Positions 44,680 through 54,700 are shown, counted from the stretch's first letter. The stretch: 64,000 bases of DNA from Candidatus Hydrogenedentota bacterium (GCA_963668025.2 CAXXTH010000010.1:608001-672000), one strand, 5' to 3'. The notes: generated from the letters alone by a model not told the origin. Translations and numbers: made by a program.

Positions 44680-47484
44680 ATGGAACTTGGAACCTTAGCC
44701 ATTCGTTTTCAGTCTGACGGCCTAATCCAACTCAATAACGACATGTCGAATCTCCGCACGCAGGCAAATGCGAACTTCGGAGAGATCACCCGTACCGTGG
44801 GCGCAGGCATGACGGCGGCGGGTGCGGCCATCACCGGCGCGCTCGGGCTGTCTGCGAAGGCCGCCAGCGACTTTGGTGCTGGCTTGGCCAATCTTGGTAC
44901 GCTTGGCGTAACGAACCTGGATGAAATGGGTGAAGCTGTCCTGGATTACTCGGTCGCTATGGGGCAGGACGCATGCCAAGCAAACGAAAATCTATATCAA
45001 CTCGTTTCGCGCGACGTTCCAAAAGATAATTTGATCGATGTTCTGACCGCATCCGCTAAAGGCGCGGCAGTAGGCGTAGGCACAGTGAACGACTCGCTTG
45101 TGCTGGGCACTTCAGTATTAAACAACTACTCCCGGGACATGGTAAAAGGCGCGAATTACACAGAAAAGTTTGAGCAAGTCATGGGAATCGCGGCGTCTGC
45201 CATTCAAACAGGCGCTACCACGATGGGAGAGTTGGGCACCACGATTGGGCGGGTGGCCCCTATCGCGTCTAAGGCGGGCATATCCCTGGAAGACCTATTC
45301 GCATCGGTTGCGACGATTACATCCACAGGTACACAGACTAGCGAGGCGGTGTCCGGGCTGAAGGCCGCGATCTCGAACATCATATCTCCGACCAGTGAGG
45401 CCACAAAGGTTAGCGAGGCGCTTGGGCTTCAATTTGATGCGGCGGCCATCAAGTCTAAGGGATGGTCGGGATTCCTGCAAGAGCTGCAAACCAAGGTCAC
45501 TGAGGGCGTACCGAAACTCGGGCAGTATAAAGCGCAATTGCAGCAACAGGCCCAACAGATGGGGCTTACCGCCGAAAAGACCAAGGAATTGCGCACTCAA
45601 TTCAAGTCGCTTGAGGGCGTCTCAAATGACTCGCTCACGGTATTTGCCAACCTATTCCCCAGCGTTGAGGCCTTAAACGCAGCGCTTGCGCTCACGTCTG
45701 AAAGCGGGGCCAAGAAGATGGTTGCCGCTCAGAAGGACATGGCAAACGGCATGGAATTACTGAACGACCGCTACGGTGAGTGGGCAAAGAATAATCCCGA
45801 GCTTGCGTTCAAGCAGTTGAAGGCGGCCACGGCGGCGCTGGCGATTTCCGTTGGGCAGCTATTACTACCGGCGCTCACGAAGATAGTGAATGTCGTCCGG
45901 CCAGTGGTGAATGCGTTCCGAACATTCACGGACCACACAGGGGCGGCGGGCACAGCTATTGTATCGTTTATTGGTGGTGTCGGGTTACTCGGTTTTGCGT
46001 TTGGGCCAGTGATTTATTCCGCAACGAGCCTCGTTAGCGCCCTACGTCTTATTGCGCATCCGTCGCTGATACTGTCGCTGGGGCAAGCCGCCACCGGCGT
46101 GAAATCCATCGGCGTAGCAGCCACGGCGGCGCGTATTCCGATGCTCGCAATGGGCGGCAGCTTGACTGCAACAGCGGCGACCGCAGGCGCGCTTGCAATC
46201 GCCATAGGGGCGGCTGGAACATTTATCGCTGCCGATATCGTGATGTTCAAGAAGTGGCGCGATGCAGTTGAGCAGCGCAAAGAATCAGAGCAAAAACTTC
46301 AGGACAAGATCATTGAGCGCGCCAAGCAGCTCGAGGCCCAGGGCGTGTATATCGATTGGGCAGCCATGAAGGAAATGACCGCCGATCAGCAAGTCATGTA
46401 TATGAACGACCAGAAGGCAGCACAAGAAAAGCAACAATTCCAAGACTGGATGACACGCACTAACCAGAAAGCACTCACCGAAGAACAAGACGCCCAGCGC
46501 CACAACATCCAGCTAAACTGGAACCTAACCAGCGAAGAGGCCTACAACGCCTCACTGTCTGACGCTGACGCCGCCACGAAACTGAAGCTAGTCCAGGCCG
46601 ATGAAACGCACACGCAGCTTATCCTTGAACAACTCGGTATCCGCACAGCCGAAAGCCGCACACAGTTAAGCGAGCAAGCGCAGGCCGCCATTGCGGCTGC
46701 CGAACAGCAGAAGGCGGCAACTGAGACGGTGCTACAGTCACTTGACAAAAACATAGGCGCGATTACAGAACTCGGAACCGTTGCAGAGGCCACCGGAGAC
46801 GCCACGAAGACCGCCACGGAAACTATGAAGGACGGCTTCCAGGAAGCATCCAAAGATGTTCCGAAATACTGCAAGATCATCACGAGCGACAAAGACGGCA
46901 TCGTGATTATCAAGAAGTCATCCGCAGACCTGCGAGAAGAGATCGGCAACGTGCCCGGCGCTATGCGCAACGGCATGAGTGAGGCGGCGAAATACGTAAG
47001 CCAGTATTGCGCAGATATGAACGCCAGTATCCAAGAGGTGATCGACAAACTCAACTCCATAGACCCGTCCGTGCGGCATTCGCCCTCCATAAACGACCGT
47101 ATCGAGGTGGGCTTATCCCAGATGGGCGGCCTATTCAATTCCGCCTTGGACGGGATCACCTCGAAGTTCGCGAGTTCACGGAACACCATGGCCAGCCTGG
47201 CGGCGTCACTATCCGCCATGATGGGCAGCATAGGCTCTACGGGCTACACGGTGCGCAACGGCGACGTGGTGAAATCATCCAGCGCTACAGGCACAACGAC
47301 CGCCCCGGGTGCCGAAGCCCCGATATCGCCCGTTGGCAACACAAACCCTATCGGCATATACCCACCACAGGTGACCGTGAACATCAATCACCCGGTGCTG
47401 CATAAGGACGCGGATATCAACGTGTTGTTATCGAAGATGGGGCAGATGCTCCGCGCGCAGAAACTCGCTAAAGGGGTGGGGTGA
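44680..47484 (+). CDS. Phage tail tape measure protein (TP901 family)
   Basis: MELGTLAIRF N-terminus, TTMGELG..IG.VAP.A..AG.SLE, SEAVSGLKA core, Ala/Gly-rich helical body, HSPS motif. Confidence 0.9.
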   Translation: MELGTLAIRFQSDGLIQLNNDMSNLRTQANANFGEITRTVGAGMTAAGAAITGALGLSAKAASDFGAGLANLGTLGVTNLDEMGEAVLDYSVAMGQDACQANENLYQLVSRDVPKDNLIDVLTASAKGAAVGVGTVNDSLVLGTSVLNNYSRDMVKGANYTEKFEQVMGIAASAIQTGATTMGELGTTIGRVAPIASKAGISLEDLFASVATITSTGTQTSEAVSGLKAAISNIISPTSEATKVSEALGLQFDAAAIKSKGWSGFLQELQTKVTEGVPKLGQYKAQLQQQAQQMGLTAEKTKELRTQFKSLEGVSNDSLTVFANLFPSVEALNAALALTSESGAKKMVAAQKDMANGMELLNDRYGEWAKNNPELAFKQLKAATAALAISVGQLLLPALTKIVNVVRPVVNAFRTFTDHTGAAGTAIVSFIGGVGLLGFAFGPVIYSATSLVSALRLIAHPSLILSLGQAATGVKSIGVAATAARIPMLAMGGSLTATAATAGALAIAIGAAGTFIAADIVMFKKWRDAVEQRKESEQKLQDKIIERAKQLEAQGVYIDWAAMKEMTADQQVMYMNDQKAAQEKQQFQDWMTRTNQKALTEEQDAQRHNIQLNWNLTSEEAYNASLSDADAATKLKLVQADETHTQLILEQLGIRTAESRTQLSEQAQAAIAAAEQQKAATETVLQSLDKNIGAITELGTVAEATGDATKTATETMKDGFQEASKDVPKYCKIITSDKDGIVIIKKSSADLREEIGNVPGAMRNGMSEAAKYVSQYCADMNASIQEVIDKLNSIDPSVRHSPSINDRIEVGLSQMGGLFNSALDGITSKFASSRNTMASLAASLSAMMGSIGSTGYTVRNGDVVKSSSATGTTTAPGAEAPISPVGNTNPIGIYPPQVTVNINHPVLHKDADINVLLSKMGQMLRAQKLAKGVG

Positions 47485-47905
47485 TGGCGGATAATGCGTG
47501 GATCGAGTGGAACGGCGATGAATGTCTGATTCGGATCAAAAACGCCACCAAAGACAGCATCAAAAAGATCGCGCTGGCCGTCGAAGCACAGGCCAAGGCG
47601 AATATTGAGGAGCCGTTCCTGCATAAGCAAGGCCGTAAGCGCCGCGATGGCCGCGACGCACACGGGCGGTTTTTGGGTAGAGGCGCAAGTGACGAATCCG
47701 ATCTCATGCGCAGCCAGATCGACACGGGGGCGATGATCAATTCCACACGCGCCGTGTTTGACGGCTTGCCTTCCGGCGCAATGGCTGCCGTTATATCACC
47801 CCAGGAATACGCCCCGTACCAAGAAGCTATCCGCCCGTTCCTTATGCCCGCCGTTGATGAGGTCGTTTCAGATAAAGCGGAAGGGATCATTAAGAACCAG
47901 TTTAA
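47481..47905 (+). CDS. HK97-gp10-like putative tail component, 3' end interrupted by IS
   Basis: IDTGAMINS, EYAPYQE, RPFLMPA motifs; native last codons at 49602-49620. Confidence 0.7.
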
Positions 47906-49596
47906 CCTAAAAAAGGCAGTAGGAACTTGCTTTGGGATTTTTCCAGCCCAATTTTGTAAAGAAATAACTGTCCTGTCCCGCTCTTTACGTTGGCGCCGGC
48001 AGCAGGTTGGGGGTGGCCAGCGGCCTTCCCTCGAGTATTTTGGCGAAGATCCGGCTGAGGATCGTCCGCCATCGTTCGTTCCAGTTCAACTGCCGCGCAG
48101 TTGCTTTCATCTCCAATAAAAAGGCGTTTACGGATTTCAGAACTTGTTCCATAGCATGTCCTTGCGCATGCACGGGGGTGATGGTGAGCGTGGTTTGGCC
48201 TCCGTGGCGGGTCTGCTGTCCCACGCCGTAGAGCAGCAGAGGGCGGCTCGTGATCGCTTCGGCGTGGCGCTCCGGAATCGCCAAGCGCACGTACAAAGAC
48301 CACCAATTGTAAATCAGGGCTATGATTCGCGCCATGATTTGGCAGCGCTTCATATCGTGGGTGGTATACCCGCCCCACCCCCACTGGTTTTTCTGTTCAT
48401 CGTAGATGTTTTCCGCATCGCCCCGGTCGCGATAATGCTGGGCCAAGGCCGATAGGGGGTCTGTCAGCGAAGTGGCCAGCAGCGCGTATTCATACTGCTG
48501 CACGGCTCCCGCTTGGATCTCGATGAGCTGTAGTTGGGGGGAGGGGTCAGGCAATAGCGGCTCCGTTTCCAGAACGATACTCCCTTTGAGCTTGCGCCGC
48601 AGAACGATTACCCGGCGTTTGCTCGTCCATCCCATAAGCTCCAGACGGTCTTCCAAACCTTCCCAGCCTTGGCCTGCTGGCGTCCAGTCCTTAGAACAAA
48701 AGGCCTGCTGGATAAGCCGTTTCACGTTGCTGGTCTGCCGCAATTTGAACAGATAGGGCACTCCGCGCGCTTCGGCTTCGCTCATGTCGCGTTCGTTGCC
48801 GAAGGCGCAGTCGCCGCGAATCATGCCCGGCCAGGCCGCGCGCGGCAAGCCATCGAGAAAATGCCACAATCCAGGCATGGTGTATTTCGCCGCCGTCTCG
48901 TTGCCCGGCCGGACTTCCACGTCCAGCACCAAGCGCGTGTTCGCCATAAAATAGGTATGCAGCACATGAGAAGGACGGCCCTGTTTCGCCGGATTGTAGC
49001 CCAGCACGGCCCCTTCTTGATGGCCGAACAGGGGCTTCACGCTTGTATCCACGTCCAAAATCCAAGGCTCATAAAGCAACGGCTCATAACAGCGGCGCAG
49101 GTGCTTCTGTAGCCAGCCCGCGCAGGCTTCCCCGTCCGCCAGTATAAATGCCCGCCGCGCCGAGGAGGCGCTCATGATCTTGCTCATACCCAGCAAGCCC
49201 GGGTTCACCGCGTCGTAACGGACCGCGTCAATGTGCGCATAGCGGGTGTGGCCCGCCAGCACTGATAAAAATAGCGTGCCCAGCACATCCCTCTTGCGCG
49301 GCGCATTATTGCTGGCGTACGCCAGCGGACAGTCCTCCACCCACGCTTCAAAAAGCTCCGCCGTCTTGAGGAAATCGATAAAGAACGCCAACTGGCCAAA
49401 CGGCGTCGTTGCCGCCTCCCGGTCCCATTCCACATGCACCCGGCCCCCGTAGCTATCTACGAAAATCGGCGCCTCCAAAGACAACCATTCCTCCTCTCCC
49501 AATGGGGGAGCATCTTGCTGTTGCGATTCTGTTTCCATGTTCTTTATCTTGAACTACTTCCTGCTCGACACTCAAGATTCAACTGGCGTTTTTAGG
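47906..49596 (-). mobile_element. IS1380-like insertion sequence (1691 bp)
   Basis: Imperfect terminal IRs CCTAAAAAAGGCAGT / CCTAAAAACGCCAGT; 5-bp TSD TTTAA at 47901-47905 and 49597-49601. Confidence 0.88.
47985..49538 (-). CDS. tnp: DDE transposase (IS1380-like)
   Basis: LDVDTS, GYNP.K.G, IRGD, YRDRGDAEN.YDEQK. Confidence 0.9.
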   Translation of the reverse strand: METESQQQDAPPLGEEEWLSLEAPIFVDSYGGRVHVEWDREAATTPFGQLAFFIDFLKTAELFEAWVEDCPLAYASNNAPRKRDVLGTLFLSVLAGHTRYAHIDAVRYDAVNPGLLGMSKIMSASSARRAFILADGEACAGWLQKHLRRCYEPLLYEPWILDVDTSVKPLFGHQEGAVLGYNPAKQGRPSHVLHTYFMANTRLVLDVEVRPGNETAAKYTMPGLWHFLDGLPRAAWPGMIRGDCAFGNERDMSEAEARGVPYLFKLRQTSNVKRLIQQAFCSKDWTPAGQGWEGLEDRLELMGWTSKRRVIVLRRKLKGSIVLETEPLLPDPSPQLQLIEIQAGAVQQYEYALLATSLTDPLSALAQHYRDRGDAENIYDEQKNQWGWGGYTTHDMKRCQIMARIIALIYNWWSLYVRLAIPERHAEAITSRPLLLYGVGQQTRHGGQTTLTITPVHAQGHAMEQVLKSVNAFLLEMKATARQLNWNERWRTILSRIFAKILEGRPLATPNLLPAPT

Positions 49597-49659
49597 TTTA
49601 AAGCGGACGGCATAGATTAGCCCGACACCCGGGCGGCCCGTGATGCTACCCGGTTTTAT

Positions 49660-49700
49660 GCCCCCAGCGGTTCGCCCCCAGTGGGCCGCTGGGGGCTTTT
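49660..49700 (+). terminator. Intrinsic terminator closing the element's late operon
   Basis: GCCCCCAGCGG...CCGCTGGGGGC-TTTT. Confidence 0.75.
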
Positions 49701-50081
49701 GGTGTTTTCTAGGGGATATCCGCCGCACACTTGATCCACTATTGGGTTTATTTTCGGGCTGAATCGAACGGGTCTAAGTGATTAAATATAAACACGTTAC
49801 GTGCATTTTACGCCCTAATCCCGAACGCCTCGGCGGCAATCCGAGATGGGAATGTAGACTTTGGTGCAAGGTTGCACTAAGGTGCCATTGCCACAGTGAA
49901 GCTGGCGGCGCTGTACGCACCGGCGGCGCGGGAGAGGATGGAGGCGACGCAAGCCAATCCAGGCGAAAAAGTAGGAGCTAAGGCTGCTGCAACCTTGCAG
50001 CAACGGATTGACCCCAAAGAAATAACCTATCACTTCGCCCCCCTCACTGGTGAGTAGAATCCACACACCAGGATTCCTTTC

Positions 50082-50107
50082 AAAATGATCCATAACTGAT
50101 CCATGGA
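50082..50107. repeat. Putative integrase arm-type sites, right
   Basis: AAAATGATCCATaacTGATCCATGGA. Confidence 0.7.
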
Positions 50108-50121
50108 AGAATTTTAACGAT

Positions 50122-50162
50122 AAAAGGCCTCAAGGAACGACTTTTGTAAGTCCTTGAGGCCT
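50122..50162 (-). terminator. Hairpin/terminator downstream of tRNA-Val
   Basis: 12-bp stem AGGCCTCAAGGA/TCCTTGAGGCCT with short T run on minus strand. Confidence 0.6.
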
Positions 50163-50175
50163 AGCGCTTTAAAGG

Positions 50176-50252
50176 TGGTGGGCGGTACAGGACTCGAACC
50201 TGTGACCCCCTGCGTGTAAGGCAGGTGCTCTAACCAACTGAGCTAACCGCCC
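50176..50252 (-). tRNA. tRNA-Val(TAC)
   Basis: GGGCGGTTAGCTCAGTTGGTTAGAGCACCTGCCTTACACGCAGGGGGTCACAGGTTCGAGTCCTGTACCGCCCACCA; cloverleaf with anticodon TAC. Confidence 0.98.
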
Positions 50253-50303
50253 ATCTGTTTCCTGGCTTTCGTCATCGCTTCGTGATGGGGACTCAGCGGA
50301 GAT

Positions 50304-50332
50304 ATTATGCATGTATGGGCCTAGCACTTCAA
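50304..50332 (-). promoter_or_regulatory. Putative tRNA-Val promoter
   Basis: TTGAAG-N17-CATAAT. Confidence 0.5.
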
Positions 50333-50357
50333 TAGTAAGTTTTTCAGGTATGAAACA

Positions 50358-51803
50358 TTAGAATGGCACATCCTCATCATCGTAGCCAGCGGGAGGAACG
50401 TCATCGGAATCAGTGGCATGGGCGGCGGAGGGAGCAGCGCCTGCCCTGGCGATGGTCTTAAACCGCTGGATGGGGCGGTCAAACAGCAGATCGAATTTGC
50501 CCGTGGGACCGTTTCGTTGTTTGGCGATGTTGACACGGATCAAATTCTCATTGCCCTCGGTTTCGTGCGCGGGCGGGCGCGCGAGCATGATAACCACGTC
50601 GGCGTCTTGTTCGATGGCGCCTGATTCGCGCAAATGGAAGAGCTTAGGCATGCCGGTGTCGTCTTTTTCGGCTTCGCGGCTGAGCTGGGAAAGGGTGATG
50701 ACGGGCACGCGCAGTTCGCGGGCGATCCCCTTGATCGAGCGGCTGATTTCGGCGATTTCGATCTGGCGGCTTTCGGAACGGCCTGGCGCGCTCATAAGCT
50801 GGAGGTAGTCAATGATGATCACATCCACGTCGTGCTGGGCCTTATGCCGCCGGGCTTTTGACTTCAAATCGAGCACGCTGATATTGGGGGTGTCATCGAT
50901 ATAGAGTTTTGCCTGGCTCAGTGTGTCGGCGGCCCGCTGGAGTTTGGTGAATTCGGCGGACGCAAGGAAGCCCGTGCGGAAGCGGCTCGAATCGATTTTG
51001 CCTTCCATGCACAGCAGGCGTTGGGTGAGCTGTTCTTTCGACATTTCTAGGCTGAAGAGAAGCGAGGATTTGTGCTCCTGCACCGCCACATGCGACGCCA
51101 CATTCAAGGCGAATGCCGTTTTACCCACGGACGGCCGGGCCGCCAGCACAATCATGTCGGACGGCTGGAGCCCCGATAGCATTTCATCCAAGTCTTGGAA
51201 TCCCGTGGGCAATCCCGTGATGCCCGAGTGGGATTTCATCATTTCCTCGATGCGGTGAATGCTGGCTTCGAGGAGGTCGCCCACGCGGGAGATGGGATTG
51301 AGCTGGCGCTTTTCGGCGATGGAGAAAATGCCGGATTCGGCCCTGTCGAGCAAGGTGCTCGTGTCTTCGGGGACCGTGTAGGCTTCGTTGGCGATGTTCG
51401 TGCAGGTCGAGATGACTTTGCGCAGCACCGCCATGTCCAGGACGATTCGGGCGTAATATTCCACATTCGCGGAAGTGGGAACAGCGCCCATGAGCCCGGC
51501 GATAAAGCTTGTGCCGCCGATTTCCTCCAGCCCGCCGCCACGCGAGAGCTGGTCGCTGACGGTAGTGGCGTCCACGGGCGCTGAATTCTGAAACAGCGCA
51601 ACCGCCGCATCATAGACGCGGCGATGCGCTGGCACATAAAAAATGTCTTCACTATCACCGCCGAGGATCTCTATAGCCACGCCGACGGCGTCGTTATTGA
51701 TCAGCATCGCCCCTAGCACCGACCGCTCCGCATCAATGTTCTGAGGCGGGGTGCGGTCGAAGACGGCCTGGGGCTGAGGCTGCGGCTTAGGCTGCCTGGC
51801 CAA
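50358..51803 (-). CDS. dnaB: Replicative DNA helicase
   Basis: AARPSVGKT, FSLEM, IDYLQL, LRESGAIEQDAD, KQRNG. Confidence 0.98.
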   Translation of the reverse strand: MARQPKPQPQPQAVFDRTPPQNIDAERSVLGAMLINNDAVGVAIEILGGDSEDIFYVPAHRRVYDAAVALFQNSAPVDATTVSDQLSRGGGLEEIGGTSFIAGLMGAVPTSANVEYYARIVLDMAVLRKVISTCTNIANEAYTVPEDTSTLLDRAESGIFSIAEKRQLNPISRVGDLLEASIHRIEEMMKSHSGITGLPTGFQDLDEMLSGLQPSDMIVLAARPSVGKTAFALNVASHVAVQEHKSSLLFSLEMSKEQLTQRLLCMEGKIDSSRFRTGFLASAEFTKLQRAADTLSQAKLYIDDTPNISVLDLKSKARRHKAQHDVDVIIIDYLQLMSAPGRSESRQIEIAEISRSIKGIARELRVPVITLSQLSREAEKDDTGMPKLFHLRESGAIEQDADVVIMLARPPAHETEGNENLIRVNIAKQRNGPTGKFDLLFDRPIQRFKTIARAGAAPSAAHATDSDDVPPAGYDDEDVPF

Positions 51804-52325
51804 TTACTCGGAATCCTCGTCCTCGTCTTCGTAGACCGCGTTGACCGGTTCCTCATCTTCTTCCACGGGAACCTCGACGGGCTGCTCGGAGGCGACCCAC
51901 ACCTTGATATGGGCTTCGACGCCGCTTCCCAGTTTCACGCTGACCGTGAAGATGCCGAGGTTTTTGATGGGCTCTTCGAGCTTGATGCTCTTGCGGTCCA
52001 CTTCATACCCTTTGGCTTTGAGCTGTTCGGCGATCATGGCCGATGTGATGGAGCCGAAGAGTTTTTCGTCTTCACCGGCGCGGGCCTTGAATTCGAGCGT
52101 CAGCTCTTCCATGGTCTTGGCCACTTCCTGGAGCTTGGCGCGCACTTTTTCTTCGCGGCGCTTGATCTGGCGCACTTCGTGTTCGACTTGCTTGGCGCTC
52201 GCCGAATCCAGGCTCACGGCCATCTTGCGCGGAATCAGGTAATTGCGCGCGTAGCCGTCGGCCACTTTCACGGTCTGGCCCATGTCGCCCAGACTCGCCA
52301 CGTGTTCGCATAAAATCACTTTCAC
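51804..52325 (-). CDS. rplI: 50S ribosomal protein L9
   Basis: MKVIL, VADGYARNYLIP, LFGSIT. Confidence 0.98.
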   Translation of the reverse strand: MKVILCEHVASLGDMGQTVKVADGYARNYLIPRKMAVSLDSASAKQVEHEVRQIKRREEKVRAKLQEVAKTMEELTLEFKARAGEDEKLFGSITSAMIAEQLKAKGYEVDRKSIKLEEPIKNLGIFTVSVKLGSGVEAHIKVWVASEQPVEVPVEEDEEPVNAVYEDEDEDSE

Positions 52326-52408
52326 CGTAGGAACCTCCCTGCTTCGGAGCGCCTTTTGCGGCGCTCTCGCTATTACGCTTCAGATCATTCTGTATAATCG
52401 TTTTTGCA

Positions 52409-53461
52409 TTACGCGTCGCCGCCGGAGTTGCGCGCTTGGTCCCTGGCTGCTTTCCATATTTCGAGCTTCCGCCGGAAATCGAACCAGGTATCAAACAGGC
52501 CTATGCTCAAGGGCAGCAACCGGCCTGCATATGCCATCAGCACCAAAAAGAGCGCCAAAACCACGATGGTGGGCAACTGCCAAATCCGAAACGCGAACAA
52601 CGCGATGGCCGTTCCGTTTAGCCAATAAATCAGAGCCAACGCGACCGCCGTATTCCATACAAATGGGCGCAGCCCCCATTCGGGCCAGCGCACGTCCGCA
52701 TACCAAAGACCCACCGCAAGTATGGCTGCCCATACGAGCCATTCCGGCGGGCGCATTTGGCTGAATCCGCCTTGGATGCCTTGGCCCGGCAACCGGGTCT
52801 GCACCCAGCGCGCCGTCATGGACACGCAAAAGCAGAACATGAGGACCACCCAGCAGAATACCATGCCCAGGCCCACATCGCCCCAATGCTCCAACAATAG
52901 CCATTGAAACATCCGCGTGGCGATTTCCCCATTTTCGCCTTGTTGTTCAGCGAATTTGAGGCTTACTGCATCTTGGTACGCCAATGCAGCGCGTTCCAGC
53001 CATTGGGGCCATGCCCACACGGCGGCAAGCACAATGCCCGTCATGGCCAAACCGGACGCCATCGCGACAACGCGCCCATAAGTCCACCGCCGCACCATGC
53101 CATATCCAATGATTAGGCCAAGGGCCGCAGCGCAGCCATCGAATAGCACTACAAACCACACCGGCCACGCCATATGCACGCCCAAAGAGGCCGCAATTGG
53201 CCTGGATAACGCCTGGCCCAGGAACGCCCCGATCACGGTGGCCCCTATCAACGCCACGCTCATCCAGCGGCGTCCAGCGGCAATGGCAGCCGCCACTTGT
53301 ATGGGCAGAACGGCAAACTCGATATTGCCGCTGACGCCGCCCATTGCAAACGCCAGCCCCGCCATTCCTTGTGCGGCTATGGCCAGCAAGTACATGATAT
53401 GATCCCTAGCGAAGCGTTTGGCGCTTCGCTGGCCCTGCGGGCCGGCTTCCAACCGAATCAA
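52409..53461 (-). CDS. DUF2232/YybS-like membrane protein
   Basis: Multi-[14 protein letters not shown]-terminal motif, position between rpsR and rplI. Confidence 0.85.
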   Translation of the reverse strand: MIRLEAGPQGQRSAKRFARDHIMYLLAIAAQGMAGLAFAMGGVSGNIEFAVLPIQVAAAIAAGRRWMSVALIGATVIGAFLGQALSRPIAASLGVHMAWPVWFVVLFDGCAAALGLIIGYGMVRRWTYGRVVAMASGLAMTGIVLAAVWAWPQWLERAALAYQDAVSLKFAEQQGENGEIATRMFQWLLLEHWGDVGLGMVFCWVVLMFCFCVSMTARWVQTRLPGQGIQGGFSQMRPPEWLVWAAILAVGLWYADVRWPEWGLRPFVWNTAVALALIYWLNGTAIALFAFRIWQLPTIVVLALFLVLMAYAGRLLPLSIGLFDTWFDFRRKLEIWKAARDQARNSGGDA

Positions 53462-53715
53462 TCTGCGACAAATGGCAGCAGAGCGATCTGGCGGGCGCGC
53501 TTGATGGCTTCCGTAAGCATGCGCTGATGCCGCGCCGTAGCGCCCGTGATCCGGCGGGGGATGATCTTCCCGCGCTCGGTGATGTAGTGTTTCAACATCG
53601 CCGTATCTTTATAGTCGATGTATACGACCCGGTCCACCGTCAGCCGGCAAACTTTATTTCCCGGCGAAGTACGCCGTTTCGCTTTTTCTTTGGTACGTGT
53701 TTTGAATCGCGCCAT
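53458..53715 (-). CDS. rpsR: 30S ribosomal protein S18
   Basis: [29 protein letters not shown]. Confidence 0.98.
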   Translation of the reverse strand: MARFKTRTKEKAKRRTSPGNKVCRLTVDRVVYIDYKDTAMLKHYITERGKIIPRRITGATARHQRMLTEAIKRARQIALLPFVAD

Positions 53716-53762
53716 GATAATCTCCTGCTCACCCGTTCGATGCCCGCCTCGATGGAGGGGCC

Positions 53763-54240
53763 TCAGAAGGGGATGTCATCTTCCGGTATCGGTTCTTCGA
53801 TTGTGCGAGGCTGAGGCCTTCCCTGCTGCCCGCTACTACTGCTTGCTCCGCTGCTGCTGTTTGCGCCGCTGCCGCCTCCGCCACTACGGTCATCCCAATC
53901 CAAAATGTGAACCCGTGTGGCGTTCACTTTAATGGTGGTCCGTTTCTGGCCGGTATTTTTATCTTCCCACTCTTCGCCGCGGAGTTCTCCCTCGACGAGA
54001 ATGGGCCGGCCTTTTTTGAGGTATTGGCCGCAATATTCGGCGCTTTTATCCCACGACTTGACGTTGATAAACAGGGTGTCGTTTTTTTGTTCCCCGTCTT
54101 TTGACTTGTATCGCCGGTCTACCGCTAGGCCCATCTCACAGACGGCCATACCCGAAGACAAATAGCGGAGATCCGGGTCGCGCGTCAGGCGGCCTGACAA
54201 AAAAAACGCGGTTCAGTTCCGGCATGCGCAGATCTGACAT
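53763..54240 (-). CDS. ssb: Single-stranded DNA-binding protein (apparent extra base in T8 run at 54199-54206)
   Basis: [13 protein letters not shown] / [13 protein letters not shown]...EDDIPF in two frames. Confidence 0.93.
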
Positions 54241-54265
54241 TCCTCAACCCTCCCGCGGTTTAATT

Positions 54266-54700
54266 CTAATCGTTATCGTCGTCATCATCGTCGTCATCGC
54301 GGCGGCGGCGATGGCGCGGGCGGCTGTCGCCGTCATCATCATCGCGGGAAGCCGCGCTGGCTTGAATTTCAGCTTGTTTTCGCTTGGCTTGTTCTTCTTC
54401 CAAACGCAGCGTCTGCTCATCAAAATGTATGACCAGATGGCGGATAATCGGCTCTTCGAGCCGGAAGTACGTTCCCAGACGCGCAACGAAAGAAGGGGCG
54501 GCGGTGAACCGCAGCAGCACGTAACAGCCTTCGGTAAATTGCTTTACCTTATAGGCCAGCTTGCGTTTACCCCAGATTTCGGAGCGCACGATAGCACCAC
54601 CGGCGTCTACCGCCATGGCTTCCACTTTCTTCGCTATCGCCTGGATCTCATCGTCCCCCAGGTCTGGGCGGACAATGTAGAGCGCTTCGTAAGTCCTCAC
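54266..54700 (-). CDS. rpsF: 30S ribosomal protein S6
   Basis: YEALYIVRPDL, WGKRKLAY; AAGGAGG RBS. Confidence 0.97.
   Translation of the reverse strand: MRTYEALYIVRPDLGDDEIQAIAKKVEAMAVDAGGAIVRSEIWGKRKLAYKVKQFTEGCYVLLRFTAAPSFVARLGTYFRLEEPIIRHLVIHFDEQTLRLEEEQAKRKQAEIQASAASRDDDDGDSRPRHRRRRDDDDDDDDND

Larger units (their letters stand above)
35183..50220 (+). mobile_element. Integrated phage-satellite-like element at tRNA-Val (~15.0 kb; ~13.3 kb without the IS)
   Basis: 48-bp att repeats, integrase at one end, helicase, TerS, tape measure; no capsid/portal/TerL recognised. Confidence 0.9.

Noticed and set aside
47906-48119. C-terminal 70 aa of ORF 47481..48119
   Set aside because: Read-through into the IS end, antisense to the transposase; not native sequence
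35183-50220. Complete prophage, GTA or tailocin
   Set aside because: No capsid, portal, TerL, tail tube/sheath, baseplate or lysis genes recognised
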